This document shows, piece after piece, positions 51,968 to 62,179 of a stretch of DNA of 64,000 nucleotides. Location: positions 1-64,000 of the forward strand of contig JBHLOC010000022.1 in the NCBI GenBank assembly GCA_048940925.1, written 5' to 3'. The notes beneath the pieces are model-generated. The model had not been told where the DNA came from, searched no databases, and saw only the letters and a list, made by a program, of their open reading frames with translations. The DNA is from Promethearchaeota archaeon (GTDB lineage: Archaea; Asgardarchaeota; Lokiarchaeia; Sigyniarchaeales; SOKP01). The position numbers and the translations under genes are program-made. Each line of letters begins with the position of its first letter. Position 1 is the stretch's first letter.

Positions 51968-52945
51968 TTACATAACACATAAGACAAACAATTCAGTTTC
52001 AGAAAGAGATTCTAGTTTTAAATCTTCTTGATTTTTTATATATTGATCTATCGAGATGCCTTTATCAAAAATTTCATTGAATTTATCATTGAAAATCTGA
52101 TAAATATTTTTATTCCGAGAGATATAAGCTCCTATTAGAATATTGGTAGGATCAAAACTAGGTTGAATTAATTCATTGTCAGTCAAACTAAAATTGCTGA
52201 AATTTTCATCAGTAACATGAATAACGATACTTTTGAATTCAATGTCATAAGGAGCTATATGTTTTGACAGAAGATTAAACTCTCTACTTAACAATAATTC
52301 TTTAATAACTTCAGAATGAAAAATAACTTGGACACTAATATTTTTAAGGTTGTCTTTAATCCGATTCATTCCAGCACTCATGGATTCTTTAGTATTTTGG
52401 GGGAGTTCTTCAAACCGATTTTCATGTATCAGATCAACTAATGGGTTATTATATCGAATCCCTATTGCTATTTTACATAAATTTTGAGCTAAAAATGAAT
52501 GATAAGATTCGTCAAAATTACTTAAATCATAATTAATAAATTCAACTGGTTCTTGAGATACCTGTTCTTCAAAATTATATTTTTTAATAAAAGCCTTAAG
52601 AGAGCTTTCACAATTTTCTCTTTTTTCTTGAAATTGATTTTGGAGTTCCTCTATTCTTTCATGAATAATATTTTGCCATAGATCCAATTCAGGAGTGGCT
52701 ATATGAATTTTCATAGGTCTATCATATATTTGAACAAGTCCTAAATCACTTAAAACTGAACATATCTTATACCCTCTTTTTAAAGAAAGGTTAAATTGAT
52801 TACATACATCTTTCAAATTGTCAATTCTTCTATTTTTTAAGAGATAATGATATATCCTTTCGATACCTTTTTCTATGATACCAATAGAATCAAACAATTG
52901 ACTGAGTGCTAAAAACTCGGTATCTTCCATTAAATCACCTATCAT
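51968..52945 (-). CDS. TrmB-like transcriptional regulator
   Basis: N-terminal winged HTH (IYHYLL...RGYKICSVLSDLGLVQ..RP..ATP), coiled coil, TrmB-type C-domain ending FNEIFDKG. Confidence 0.7.
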   Translation of the reverse strand: MIGDLMEDTEFLALSQLFDSIGIIEKGIERIYHYLLKNRRIDNLKDVCNQFNLSLKRGYKICSVLSDLGLVQIYDRPMKIHIATPELDLWQNIIHERIEELQNQFQEKRENCESSLKAFIKKYNFEEQVSQEPVEFINYDLSNFDESYHSFLAQNLCKIAIGIRYNNPLVDLIHENRFEELPQNTKESMSAGMNRIKDNLKNISVQVIFHSEVIKELLLSREFNLLSKHIAPYDIEFKSIVIHVTDENFSNFSLTDNELIQPSFDPTNILIGAYISRNKNIYQIFNDKFNEIFDKGISIDQYIKNQEDLKLESLSETELFVLCVM

Positions 52946-53465
52946 TCATACGTTCTAATGTTAATTCAGCTAATACTTTAAAAGCTTCATCAACGTTTAC
53001 GTTTTCTTTAGCGGATATTTCTACAAAACTCGCCATATTGTTTTTTTCAGCAATTTGTATTCCATATTCCCTATCAACTTTACGTTGAGTCTTTTCAAGA
53101 TCAATCTTTGCTCCAACAAGCATAATCGGAATTGGCCCCCCTTTTTGCTTTACAATAGTAATCCATTCTGAAATATTATCTAGTGTAGAGGGACGTGTAA
53201 TATCATATAATAAGAATGCTGCATTAGCACCTAAACAATAAGTTGGCAAGAGGAACCTAAAACGTTCTTCGCCACCTACATCCCAAATTTGTAATTTAAT
53301 ACGTTGGTCATTTAATTCAATGGTTTTGACATGAAAATCAACTCCAATTGTTAATCTTTCACTTGGGTTGAAAATGTTATAACAATACCGTTTTGTGAAT
53401 GAGGTTTTCCCTACTGAAGCGTCTCCTAACAAAAGTAACTTAAAAGTAAAGTCGTATGTTGTCAT
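52935..53465 (-). CDS. Rab-like small GTPase (Ras superfamily)
   Basis: FKLLLLGDASVGKT, TIGVDF, KLQIWDVGGEERF, YDIT, EISAK. Confidence 0.95.
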   Translation of the reverse strand: MTTYDFTFKLLLLGDASVGKTSFTKRYCYNIFNPSERLTIGVDFHVKTIELNDQRIKLQIWDVGGEERFRFLLPTYCLGANAAFLLYDITRPSTLDNISEWITIVKQKGGPIPIMLVGAKIDLEKTQRKVDREYGIQIAEKNNMASFVEISAKENVNVDEAFKVLAELTLERMNDR

Positions 53466-53821
53466 ATTTGTGAAACCTTTTTGCTAGTAAGGTATATATA
53501 TCTATATTTAGTTTAATAAATTTTTATATTATTATACCACTCTTTTATTATATTTTTAATAGAAAAATGATTTTATAAATATAGTTTTTAAAATCTTTTG
53601 TATAGGTTCTCAACACATACATTCTCAAATATTGTAATTAAAAGAATTTAACAAAGATTTAATGAATAATTTTTTTATAATATAATTTGAATTGAATTAT
53701 ATTTTTGCGAAAAATTCAAATGAAGACACCAATCTTAAAAACTTTTATTACTGAATTTATCGACCATCTATTAAACTAAGAAAGAAAAAGAATAAGTTTA
53801 AGTAATAATACAAGGGGTGTA

Positions 53822-54391
53822 TCAAGCTTTTTTAAAAATTTGTTTCATTTTTTCTTTAATTACAGGATTTGATTCTTTTTCAATATGAGTTTTCAATTCA
53901 TTATAGATTAATGGATTTTTTATCATATTGTGAATACAAAAAAACTTTACAGCCGCCCAGCGTACAGAGTCATCAGGATCATTTAATAGAGGGAGTATAT
54001 ATTTAAAATATTTTACATCTCCAGTTTGTTCTAATTTAAATATTGTTTTAGCTCTTACTATAAAATCAGGATTATACAATTGGGGTACTAAGTGATCTTT
54101 AATTGTTTTATTTTTAATGAAATCCAGTATAAAATTGAAAATATCGACTTTAAAACTATGTATCTCATCATTTTCTCTAATATACGATTCTAATATGCGT
54201 TCTGCTTTTTTACCAATCTTCAATAAAGATTCAAAAGCTATAAAAAAATTATATGATAAATCAGCTGAATTTAACTTAAGTGAATAAATGAGGTATTCAA
54301 TAATTTCGTCGTCAACTTTTGATATTTCTATAAGATCCCAATTTAAATCATCTTCATCTTCCCAGATTTTATTATCCCTTAAATAACTCAC
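53822..54391 (-). CDS. HEAT repeat protein
   Basis: LYNPDFIVRAKT, PLLNDPDDSVRWAAV, ESNPVIK. Confidence 0.8.
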   Translation of the reverse strand: MSYLRDNKIWEDEDDLNWDLIEISKVDDEIIEYLIYSLKLNSADLSYNFFIAFESLLKIGKKAERILESYIRENDEIHSFKVDIFNFILDFIKNKTIKDHLVPQLYNPDFIVRAKTIFKLEQTGDVKYFKYILPLLNDPDDSVRWAAVKFFCIHNMIKNPLIYNELKTHIEKESNPVIKEKMKQIFKKA

Positions 54392-54843
54392 TAAATCATC
54401 ATTTGAATTTTATTCTTAATAATTAAAATAAAATAGGATTTCACTTTTAATTGATTTATTATTAAAATGAAAATAAAACAAAAAAGATATATTATTTATC
54501 TCTTGATTTAATAATAAGTTGAAAAAAAATTAATTTTGTAAATGAACAATATATTCCAATAAAATTTGTCTTATTTGTAAATAATTGGGTCACTAAGGTT
54601 TTTTTATTAGACGTTTAATACCCTATTTACATTATTATATGAAATATCTTAATTTTTTCCACTGAGGTTCCAAGTAATATTAAAATCTTAACAATTTCAA
54701 TTGGTAAGATTTAAGCTGATGGTAAATCAGAACTAAACAATATTCTTTCATTTCCTACTGTCCTAAAATCTTAAAAGAATTTTTATTTACGAAAAAATTA
54801 TTCATGTTATGTTTTATTCCATATATAAAGAGGTTAGATTTAA

Positions 54844-56292
54844 TTGAATGATTTATTCTCGGAAATTGATGATATCTTCCATTCAAGGTCTCTGGCAATT
54901 TATGGTGTGAGCAGAAAAGGTGGTTTGGGAAATGTTTTATTACAAGGATTTATTGATCAAGAATTTCCTAAAATATTTATCGTTAATCCGAAAATAACTG
55001 AAGCTAATGTTAAAATAATGGGAATCCCTGTTTTTTCAGATCTGAAATCCATTGGAGAGCCTATAGATCTGGTCATATGTTCCACTCATCCTAAATTCGT
55101 TCAAGATATCATCATTGAATGTGGTGAAAATGGAGTAAAAGCAATAATAATTTTTACAGCGGGATTTGGCGAAAAAAATGAAGAAGGAAAAAAAGCTGAA
55201 AAAAAATTATTAAAAATTGCTCGAAAATATCAGATGAGATTAATTGGACCAAATTGCATGGGATTATATTGTCCCAGTTCTAAGTTATCGTTCTTTCCAG
55301 CCTTACCTACAGAATCAGGATCATTAGGCTTAATTAGCCAAAGTGGTTCAATCGCTAATCTTATGGCTTTTATTTCAATGTTGAAAGGAATTTATTTTTC
55401 AAAAGCCATAAGTTATGGCAATGGCATTGATCTAGGTTTCAATGATTTTTTAGAATATTTAGGAGATGACCCTAATACTAATATAATAGCATGTTACATG
55501 GAAGGTGTTAATGATGGAAGAAGATTCATTGAATTAATAAAAAAAATAAATAAACCTATAATTATTTGGAAGGCGGGAGTCACGCCTGCGGGATCAAAAG
55601 CAGCTCAGTCACACACAGGCTCCATATGTGGAAATAATAAGCTATGGGATAATGTATTTGACCAATATGGGATAATCAGGGTTTATAATTTGGAGGAAAT
55701 GATTAGTATGATCCAAGCATTTATCAATCCTATTCCAGTAAGAGATTGTAGAGTTGCTATTCTATCAGGACCTGGAGGACCTGCCGTATCTTCAGCCGAT
55801 GCATGCGAGATGAATAGTCTAAAGTTGGCAGAATTGACCGATGAGACAAAACTGAAACTCCATGAACTACTCCCTGAATTCGGGTCAAGTATTTCAAACC
55901 CTATAGATTTAAGTCTTCAAGTACAATTTGATCCAATCATGGAAAAAAACACATATGAAGTAGTTGGAATGGATACTAATGTCGATATGATGCTTATTTG
56001 GTTATCGATGCTAAATCCTCGATATAAGGATTTAATAAAGCTACAAGATAAAATTTCTAAACCAATTGCTATCGTATCTGCCATAGATGTGAATGTTTCA
56101 CCAGATTATTTCAGTAGTACTATTAAACGATCCTTCATAAGTATAACAACAAAAAAAGTTCCTATAATAATTAAAAATTTGAATCAGAAAGGGATTTCAA
56201 TACATCCAAACGAAAATCTAGCCGCTAAAGCATTATATAATATTTATCAGTTTTATAACAAATCTAAGAAATTGATTGTTTTAAAACAATAG
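54844..56292 (+). CDS. ADP-forming acyl-CoA synthetase alpha subunit (AcdA-like)
   Basis: CoA-binding N-domain, IGPNCMG, SQSG, AAQSHTGS phospho-His, GPGG, NPIDL. Confidence 0.9.
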   Translation: MNDLFSEIDDIFHSRSLAIYGVSRKGGLGNVLLQGFIDQEFPKIFIVNPKITEANVKIMGIPVFSDLKSIGEPIDLVICSTHPKFVQDIIIECGENGVKAIIIFTAGFGEKNEEGKKAEKKLLKIARKYQMRLIGPNCMGLYCPSSKLSFFPALPTESGSLGLISQSGSIANLMAFISMLKGIYFSKAISYGNGIDLGFNDFLEYLGDDPNTNIIACYMEGVNDGRRFIELIKKINKPIIIWKAGVTPAGSKAAQSHTGSICGNNKLWDNVFDQYGIIRVYNLEEMISMIQAFINPIPVRDCRVAILSGPGGPAVSSADACEMNSLKLAELTDETKLKLHELLPEFGSSISNPIDLSLQVQFDPIMEKNTYEVVGMDTNVDMMLIWLSMLNPRYKDLIKLQDKISKPIAIVSAIDVNVSPDYFSSTIKRSFISITTKKVPIIIKNLNQKGISIHPNENLAAKALYNIYQFYNKSKKLIVLKQ

Positions 56293-56364
56293 AAAAGACT
56301 TTAGTATTGTATAAATTCTGTAATGATAGCTTTCTCTTATAATCATTATCCACCCTTTAAATTC

Positions 56365-58797
56365 TTATATCTGGATTTTTATATTCTTTTTACCAGAAAT
56401 ATCAAATTTAACTCCAAATTTTATTAGTTTTTGTAATTTGGTATATTTCCATGAATTTATAAGATTATTATTAATCTTAATTGAAGTGGGTTTATTTTCT
56501 GCGTAGACTAATATAGTAATTTCAGCATCTTTAATATTTTCTATTGAAAAACTCAAAGAGTCAGTAGTAGCATTTACTTCTTGAAATAATTTTTTTGCAC
56601 AGGTTACAAATTTATCAGGACATCCAATTAAAGCCATTCCACTTATTGTTATTGGGCATAGAATATAATATTTATAACTATATTTTTTTAAATATCCTAC
56701 CTTAATTTTGTCATCTTTTTGAATTCTAATTAATTCTCCAGAAATATAGTCATAAAATAAGCATTCTCTATAATCATAACCAAGTTCTTTTAAGGTAAAA
56801 AACCTCTCTTTTACTCTCTTAGGCCATATGTTGCAGACCAGAATATATCTCCAAGTTAATTTATTAATTTTAGAATATGTATCGCAAATATAATATTTTC
56901 TATGCTTTTTGAACATTAAATCATTAGTAGTTAAGCATTTATCTGGTTTTAACAATAAACCATCATCTCTACATGTCTTATGTAGTAATGGCCAATTTAT
57001 ATTTTCCTTTTTGTCACCGGGAGCAACTACACCTGCATTGAGGATTTGATATAAACACTTAAAATATGGAAACTTTTCACCAAACGGTCTGAATTTCACA
57101 CCTTTCATTGTTTTGGAGCGAAATACATCAGGATTCGAATTAATGCTTACTGCATGAAAAAGAATATTCGTTTGAGTTGAATGTATAAATCTATAGGATA
57201 ATGGCCATCTCCGATTATAATCACCTGAACATCGGGAAATATTAACATTAGAATGTTTTATACTATATAGTAAGATTCCAGGAGTTTGCATACAATAAAA
57301 AATGTCAACATCATTTTCTTTGGCAGCATTAGCCATATTATTTAACCATTGTTCTTTAGCGTTATAATTATTTCTCAATATTGGCATACTATTTATTTGG
57401 TTTTTCATCCAATCTTGCTCATAGACATTGATTCCACTTTCTTTAGCTTGATTCATTAACCAGTCCCAAAATTCTTTTTTTAGTGGAACTGCATGATTTT
57501 TATAGGTTTCAAATTCAAATTCTATCACATAAGGAGATCTAGCGTCCCAACGACGATTATGAGCAGTGATTGGTTTTTTAAATCGCTCCTGAATATAAGT
57601 TTTCAAATCTGTGCTAAAATTTTCAGGATCCGCTTCCCACCGTAATGTGTTTCCATACAAACCACCCCCTATTAAGCGAACAAAGGGTCTAAATAACGTT
57701 GTAAAGACTTTATTAGTATGCTTTAAATACCACCAACTATCAAAATTATAATAGCCTATAGGAATCTTGTGGTCATCGAAATAATTTTTAATTGCTAACA
57801 TTGTATTTTCATAACTCAAACCCTTTTCTTTTTTATAATAGTAATAAGCACCATTATTTGTCCAGAAACCTAAATATGATGTTACTACATTAGCATAAAG
57901 ACTTTTCTGCTTTGACTCATGATATTTTAATAAAATATTCCCTAATTTTTCCATTGATTCGTTAATTCCCTTTCCGAATAGTAGAATAAATTTCTGTGAG
58001 AATCCCTTAGGTAGTCCTTTAATCAATCCATGAATTCCGCAAGATATTCTTTTACCTTTACTTTTAGAAATTACAGTATTCAAAAAGCCATCCAACGGTG
58101 AAATTATATAGCAATTCAATTCATCATCATAAAAAAGAACAGGAGCAGAGGTGACTCCAATCTTCCTTGATGGGGGGCAAAAAATAGCATTTCTGAAGGT
58201 GAATATGTTAGTATTAAGACTTTCATTTAAAAATGAAGGAAAAAAAGTAATAAGTTCTGAATAATTCCCTTTATCTGTGATTTCTAAACCCTCTGGTATA
58301 AATAATTCAAAAACTATAAAATTTCCATCAAAATATTGTTTAATAGATATATCTACAAATTTCTCTTCATTTTCAAATCTAAAGTGCATGTCTGTTGATT
58401 GAAACGTTCCTAATTTATCAATATCATTGGTTTCGTTAATATTCAATAGTTCTAGAGTCCTCTCACTTCGAGCGGGTTCAGTGTTTACATATATTTTATT
58501 TTTATGTTTGATTTTTACAATACCTTTTATTAGTTCTCTTTTATTTCCAAAAGAAATTGTGTAAATTCCTTTGTTTTTATCGATATCAACTTGAGGTATG
58601 TTATTTTGTTTAGGACATTCGATTAATTTACTCTTTTGGATAAAATCTTTTGAGTTATATACATAACTAGCGTTAAACCTAGGAGATATAAAATATTTGA
58701 ATATCCAAGGAATTAATAAATAAGCTATAATAAAGAAAATTCCGATATATAGAATTATACGTAAAATCAGAAATATTATACCTAGAAGTAAATCCAT
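56365..58797 (-). CDS. Membrane-anchored putative glycoside hydrolase, clan GH-D (GH27/31/36)-like
   Basis: N-terminal TM; YLGFWTNNGAYYYY, FDSWWY, YEQDW (nucleophile-like Asp), RCSGDY (acid/base-like Asp), DGLLLKPD. Confidence 0.65.
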   Translation of the reverse strand: MDLLLGIIFLILRIILYIGIFFIIAYLLIPWIFKYFISPRFNASYVYNSKDFIQKSKLIECPKQNNIPQVDIDKNKGIYTISFGNKRELIKGIVKIKHKNKIYVNTEPARSERTLELLNINETNDIDKLGTFQSTDMHFRFENEEKFVDISIKQYFDGNFIVFELFIPEGLEITDKGNYSELITFFPSFLNESLNTNIFTFRNAIFCPPSRKIGVTSAPVLFYDDELNCYIISPLDGFLNTVISKSKGKRISCGIHGLIKGLPKGFSQKFILLFGKGINESMEKLGNILLKYHESKQKSLYANVVTSYLGFWTNNGAYYYYKKEKGLSYENTMLAIKNYFDDHKIPIGYYNFDSWWYLKHTNKVFTTLFRPFVRLIGGGLYGNTLRWEADPENFSTDLKTYIQERFKKPITAHNRRWDARSPYVIEFEFETYKNHAVPLKKEFWDWLMNQAKESGINVYEQDWMKNQINSMPILRNNYNAKEQWLNNMANAAKENDVDIFYCMQTPGILLYSIKHSNVNISRCSGDYNRRWPLSYRFIHSTQTNILFHAVSINSNPDVFRSKTMKGVKFRPFGEKFPYFKCLYQILNAGVVAPGDKKENINWPLLHKTCRDDGLLLKPDKCLTTNDLMFKKHRKYYICDTYSKINKLTWRYILVCNIWPKRVKERFFTLKELGYDYRECLFYDYISGELIRIQKDDKIKVGYLKKYSYKYYILCPITISGMALIGCPDKFVTCAKKLFQEVNATTDSLSFSIENIKDAEITILVYAENKPTSIKINNNLINSWKYTKLQKLIKFGVKFDISGKKNIKIQI

Positions 58798-58927
58798 AGA
58801 TAGTATCTACTTAAAAAAACTTAATTATTTTTAGAAATTCTTTTTAAAAAAAATAATTTACTTCCAGAAATCCGATTAAAAGAAAATTTCTATTTAATTT
58901 TATCAAATTAATTAATTAGGATTGGAT

Positions 58928-59050
58928 TCATAGTTGATCAATTTTCTTGAGAATTACTTCTCTATTCTTTTCCCAATAATTATCGACGGCTTTTTTTACT
59001 GCTTTTTTTGTTATTTTTTTCACAATTGTTCTTTTTATAATTGCTTCCAT
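58928..59050 (-). CDS. 40-aa basic small protein (below the ORF-track cutoff)
   Basis: ATG 2 nt after the pirin stop; MEAIIKRTIVKKITKKAVKKAVDNYWEKNREVILKKIDQL*. Confidence 0.55.
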   Translation of the reverse strand: MEAIIKRTIVKKITKKAVKKAVDNYWEKNREVILKKIDQL

Positions 59051-59052
59051 TA

Positions 59053-59916
59053 CTATTTATTATGTTTAATGAAAGTACCGTTTTGATATTCTCTAAAAGC
59101 AAGGCTTAACTCTTCTTCCGTATTCATTACTATCGGTCCTCGCCAAGCAACTGGTTCTCTAATTGGTCTTCCTGAAATTAATAGGAATCGAACAGATTTA
59201 TCATTTGTGCTAATAAGAACTTCATCGCCATCATCAAAGATAACAAGATTCTCTTTACTAATTAATTTTGCATAACTTTGATCAAAAAATCCTTCTCCTT
59301 CTATAACATAAGCGAAAACATTATGTCCTCTTCTGATTTTATGTCGAAATTCTGATTGAGGAGCAATCTCAATATCCAAATATTCAGGATCAGTTATTAT
59401 ATCTTGAACAGGTCCTTTTATACTATTAATTTCACCACTAATGATTTTAACTTTAACGGTATTATTATTCAATTTTACTTCGGGAATTTGCTCTTTTTTT
59501 ATATCACGATATCGAGGATTCATCATTTTATGGGATGAAGGTAAATTTGCCCATAATTGAAAGCCCCATAGAAGTGTGTCTTGTTTATCACTTTTCGGCA
59601 TTTCTTGATGGATAATACCACTACCAGCAGTCATCCATTGAATATCACCTTGTTGAATAACACCACCATTTCCCAAACTATCACCATGTTCAACTTTACC
59701 ATGTAAAATATAAGTAATAGTTTCTATTCCCCGATGAGGGTGCCATGGAAACCCTGCTATATAGTCATTGGGATTATCTGAATGAAAATCATCAAGAAGT
59801 AAAAAGGGATCAAGAGATTCATCAGCATAACCAAATGCGCGCTTTAACCGAACACCAGCACCTTCAAAGGTGGGTCTACTTTTTAAGTGTAGCTTTATCT
59901 TTCGAACTTCATTCAT
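59053..59916 (-). CDS. Pirin family protein
   Basis: DPFLLLD, GFPWHPHRGIETITY, WMTAGSGIIHQE, FQLWANLP, GPIVMNT. Confidence 0.95.
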   Translation of the reverse strand: MNEVRKIKLHLKSRPTFEGAGVRLKRAFGYADESLDPFLLLDDFHSDNPNDYIAGFPWHPHRGIETITYILHGKVEHGDSLGNGGVIQQGDIQWMTAGSGIIHQEMPKSDKQDTLLWGFQLWANLPSSHKMMNPRYRDIKKEQIPEVKLNNNTVKVKIISGEINSIKGPVQDIITDPEYLDIEIAPQSEFRHKIRRGHNVFAYVIEGEGFFDQSYAKLISKENLVIFDDGDEVLISTNDKSVRFLLISGRPIREPVAWRGPIVMNTEEELSLAFREYQNGTFIKHNK

Positions 59917-60205
59917 TTAAATCACATAGAATTTTCAAAAGAAAGTTTTTAATTTATATAAATTCAATCTTAAAATATCAAGAACTTTAAAAATTGAAAG
60001 GAAACTTAAGTTTATTCTTTATGATAAATAAATTTTTTATATTTCTGCTTATTAAAATGAAGAGTAAAACTTGGATTATAACTGTTTAATAATTCGACTT
60101 ATTTTATTATCAAAATTATAATATGTTATGATAAATATAAATTGATTATTCTAACCTCAATAACCTAAAATATTTGTTAAAGCAACAGTAAAATTTTTGA
60201 ATTAG

Positions 60206-60385
60206 TATACAAAAGATAAGATATTATATTGTGCGCTTTCTAGATGTATTGATAGTGCTACTACATATCTCTTGCTTAAAGAAGAGAGAGTAAAGACTTT
60301 CCCTGTTTTTATTGATCTTGATCTCATGAGAATTAAACTAAATATATTTATTATGATATTACTCCCAAACTCTCTGTCACTATAG
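60206..60385 (+). pseudogene. Possible decayed N-terminus of a PP-loop ATP pyrophosphatase (QueC/ThiI/MnmA-like)
   Basis: KILYCALSRCIDSATTYLLLKEERVKTFPVFID; SRCIDS is two single-base changes from SGGIDS; no start codon. Confidence 0.5.
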
Positions 60386-60438
60386 AATATGTATAAGACC
60401 TCTTTTAAAAATATTTGATCCACTATTTTAATTTTATT

Positions 60439-62076
60439 TTATATTTTCTTTCTATGTACTGCCTTTATATTAGATACGATGAGTTTTTCTTTCCAAAATG
60501 AGAAAAGATGAGAGAATTTTTTGAAAAGCTTGGGTTGAGCCACATTATTTTTAGCATATTTGATATTCTTTATATCTAATCGCTGAAGAATGTATTTTAA
60601 TCTCTGCTGAAAGGAAGTAAAATTTTTTTTACTTTTTGGAGACCATCCTGTTTCGGCAAATGCTATAAGACGTGGAAAAGTTTGAAATTCTAAGATTTTT
60701 GTATTTGGAACTAATTCTCCCCACATACATGCTTCCAATCCTAATACCTGAGATTGATATTCTTCTTTCAATTTTTTTACCATCGGTTCATAATTATAAG
60801 CTTTTTTCAAGGATGTGAAAATATAAGGACGATCCAGATACACATACTCGTAATTAGACATAACTACTTTCCTACTTTGAATTTTTTCAATATGAATTTT
60901 CATAGAACTAGGGAACCAAAATTGGCAGATTATATTTTTATCTAAGCCGTCTTCAATGATATCATTCCAGACGATTACTTTACGTTTATTAGATGCTAAA
61001 AATGAGGTGACTCTATTTGTAAAATATATTTGTAATTCTTTCTCATCTTTAAGTACTTCAGATTCAATCCTTAATTGGCACTCTGGACAATTTTCCCATC
61101 GTGTTTTAAGAACTTCATCTCCTCCAATATGTATTATCTTTGAAGGAAATAAATCCATTATTTCATTTAAAACATCTTGAGCAAATTCGAAGACTTCCTC
61201 TTTTCCTATACAAAAAACATCTTTATGAATACCCCAATGTGGAGATACTTTAAAATCATATCCTTTACAACTTAGATTTGGATATGATGCTAAAGCAGCT
61301 CTCGTATGGCCAGGCATATCTATTTCAGGCATTATCGTTATGAATCGTTCCTTTGCATAAATAATAATCTCCTGAATATCTTCTTTTGAATAATATCCTA
61401 GATGAGGAATTCCATCTTTTTTTTTGCTAAAATAACCTCCAATCTGAGATTCTTCTCGTTTTGATCCAATTTCAGTGAGTTTAGGATACTTTTTTATCTC
61501 AATTCTCCAACCTTGATCATCTGTCAAATGCCAGTGAAATGTATTCATTTTAAAGAGAGCCATTAAATCTAATAGTTGTTTAACTTCATCTTTTCCATAA
61601 AAATATCTTGCTTCATCTAGCATATACCCCCGCCAAGAAAATCTAGGAAAATCTTCAACATCTAAGCAGGGAATTTTCCATTCTACATTTTCGATAATAT
61701 TATCACTTTCAATTTCAGGAGGAAATAGTTGGCGAATAGTCTGAATACCATAAAATATACCATTAGGAGTTGTTGCTGAGATATTTATATTCTTAGGAGT
61801 AATTGATAGGAAATATTTTTCAAAATTGTGTTTGTTTTTGTCTTCTAATAACTGAAGATTTATTGATTTTTCATTAAAAGCAGTTATCTCATTAAGCTCC
61901 TTAAATTTTAAATTAAATCCTGTAGATGGTAATATTAGATTTTTTAAATACTCACCAATATTCAATAAATTTTTCCTTGTAAGAATTATTGTATTGTCAG
62001 TTAGGACAAATTTACCATTAGATATTTTTGTCTTTACTGGTTTTGGTATGATGTTAATATTTTGAATAAATATCAC
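60439..62076 (-). CDS. Beta-N-acetylhexosaminidase, GH20
   Basis: DFPRFSWRGYMLD, HWHLTDDQGWR, PEIDMPGH, HIGGDE, WGE, FPR. Confidence 0.95.
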   Translation of the reverse strand: MIFIQNINIIPKPVKTKISNGKFVLTDNTIILTRKNLLNIGEYLKNLILPSTGFNLKFKELNEITAFNEKSINLQLLEDKNKHNFEKYFLSITPKNINISATTPNGIFYGIQTIRQLFPPEIESDNIIENVEWKIPCLDVEDFPRFSWRGYMLDEARYFYGKDEVKQLLDLMALFKMNTFHWHLTDDQGWRIEIKKYPKLTEIGSKREESQIGGYFSKKKDGIPHLGYYSKEDIQEIIIYAKERFITIMPEIDMPGHTRAALASYPNLSCKGYDFKVSPHWGIHKDVFCIGKEEVFEFAQDVLNEIMDLFPSKIIHIGGDEVLKTRWENCPECQLRIESEVLKDEKELQIYFTNRVTSFLASNKRKVIVWNDIIEDGLDKNIICQFWFPSSMKIHIEKIQSRKVVMSNYEYVYLDRPYIFTSLKKAYNYEPMVKKLKEEYQSQVLGLEACMWGELVPNTKILEFQTFPRLIAFAETGWSPKSKKNFTSFQQRLKYILQRLDIKNIKYAKNNVAQPKLFKKFSHLFSFWKEKLIVSNIKAVHRKKI

Positions 62077-62179
62077 TATATTTCCTTTAATTAAACCTTT
62101 TAAAATATAAATTAAATATAATATTAAAATTAATTAGAATAGGAACGTCAAACAAATATATGACCATTTTGTGAATAAA

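Noticed and set aside
60202-60423. 73-aa minus-strand ORF
   Set aside because: Better explained as the antisense of the PP-loop-like remnant on the + strand
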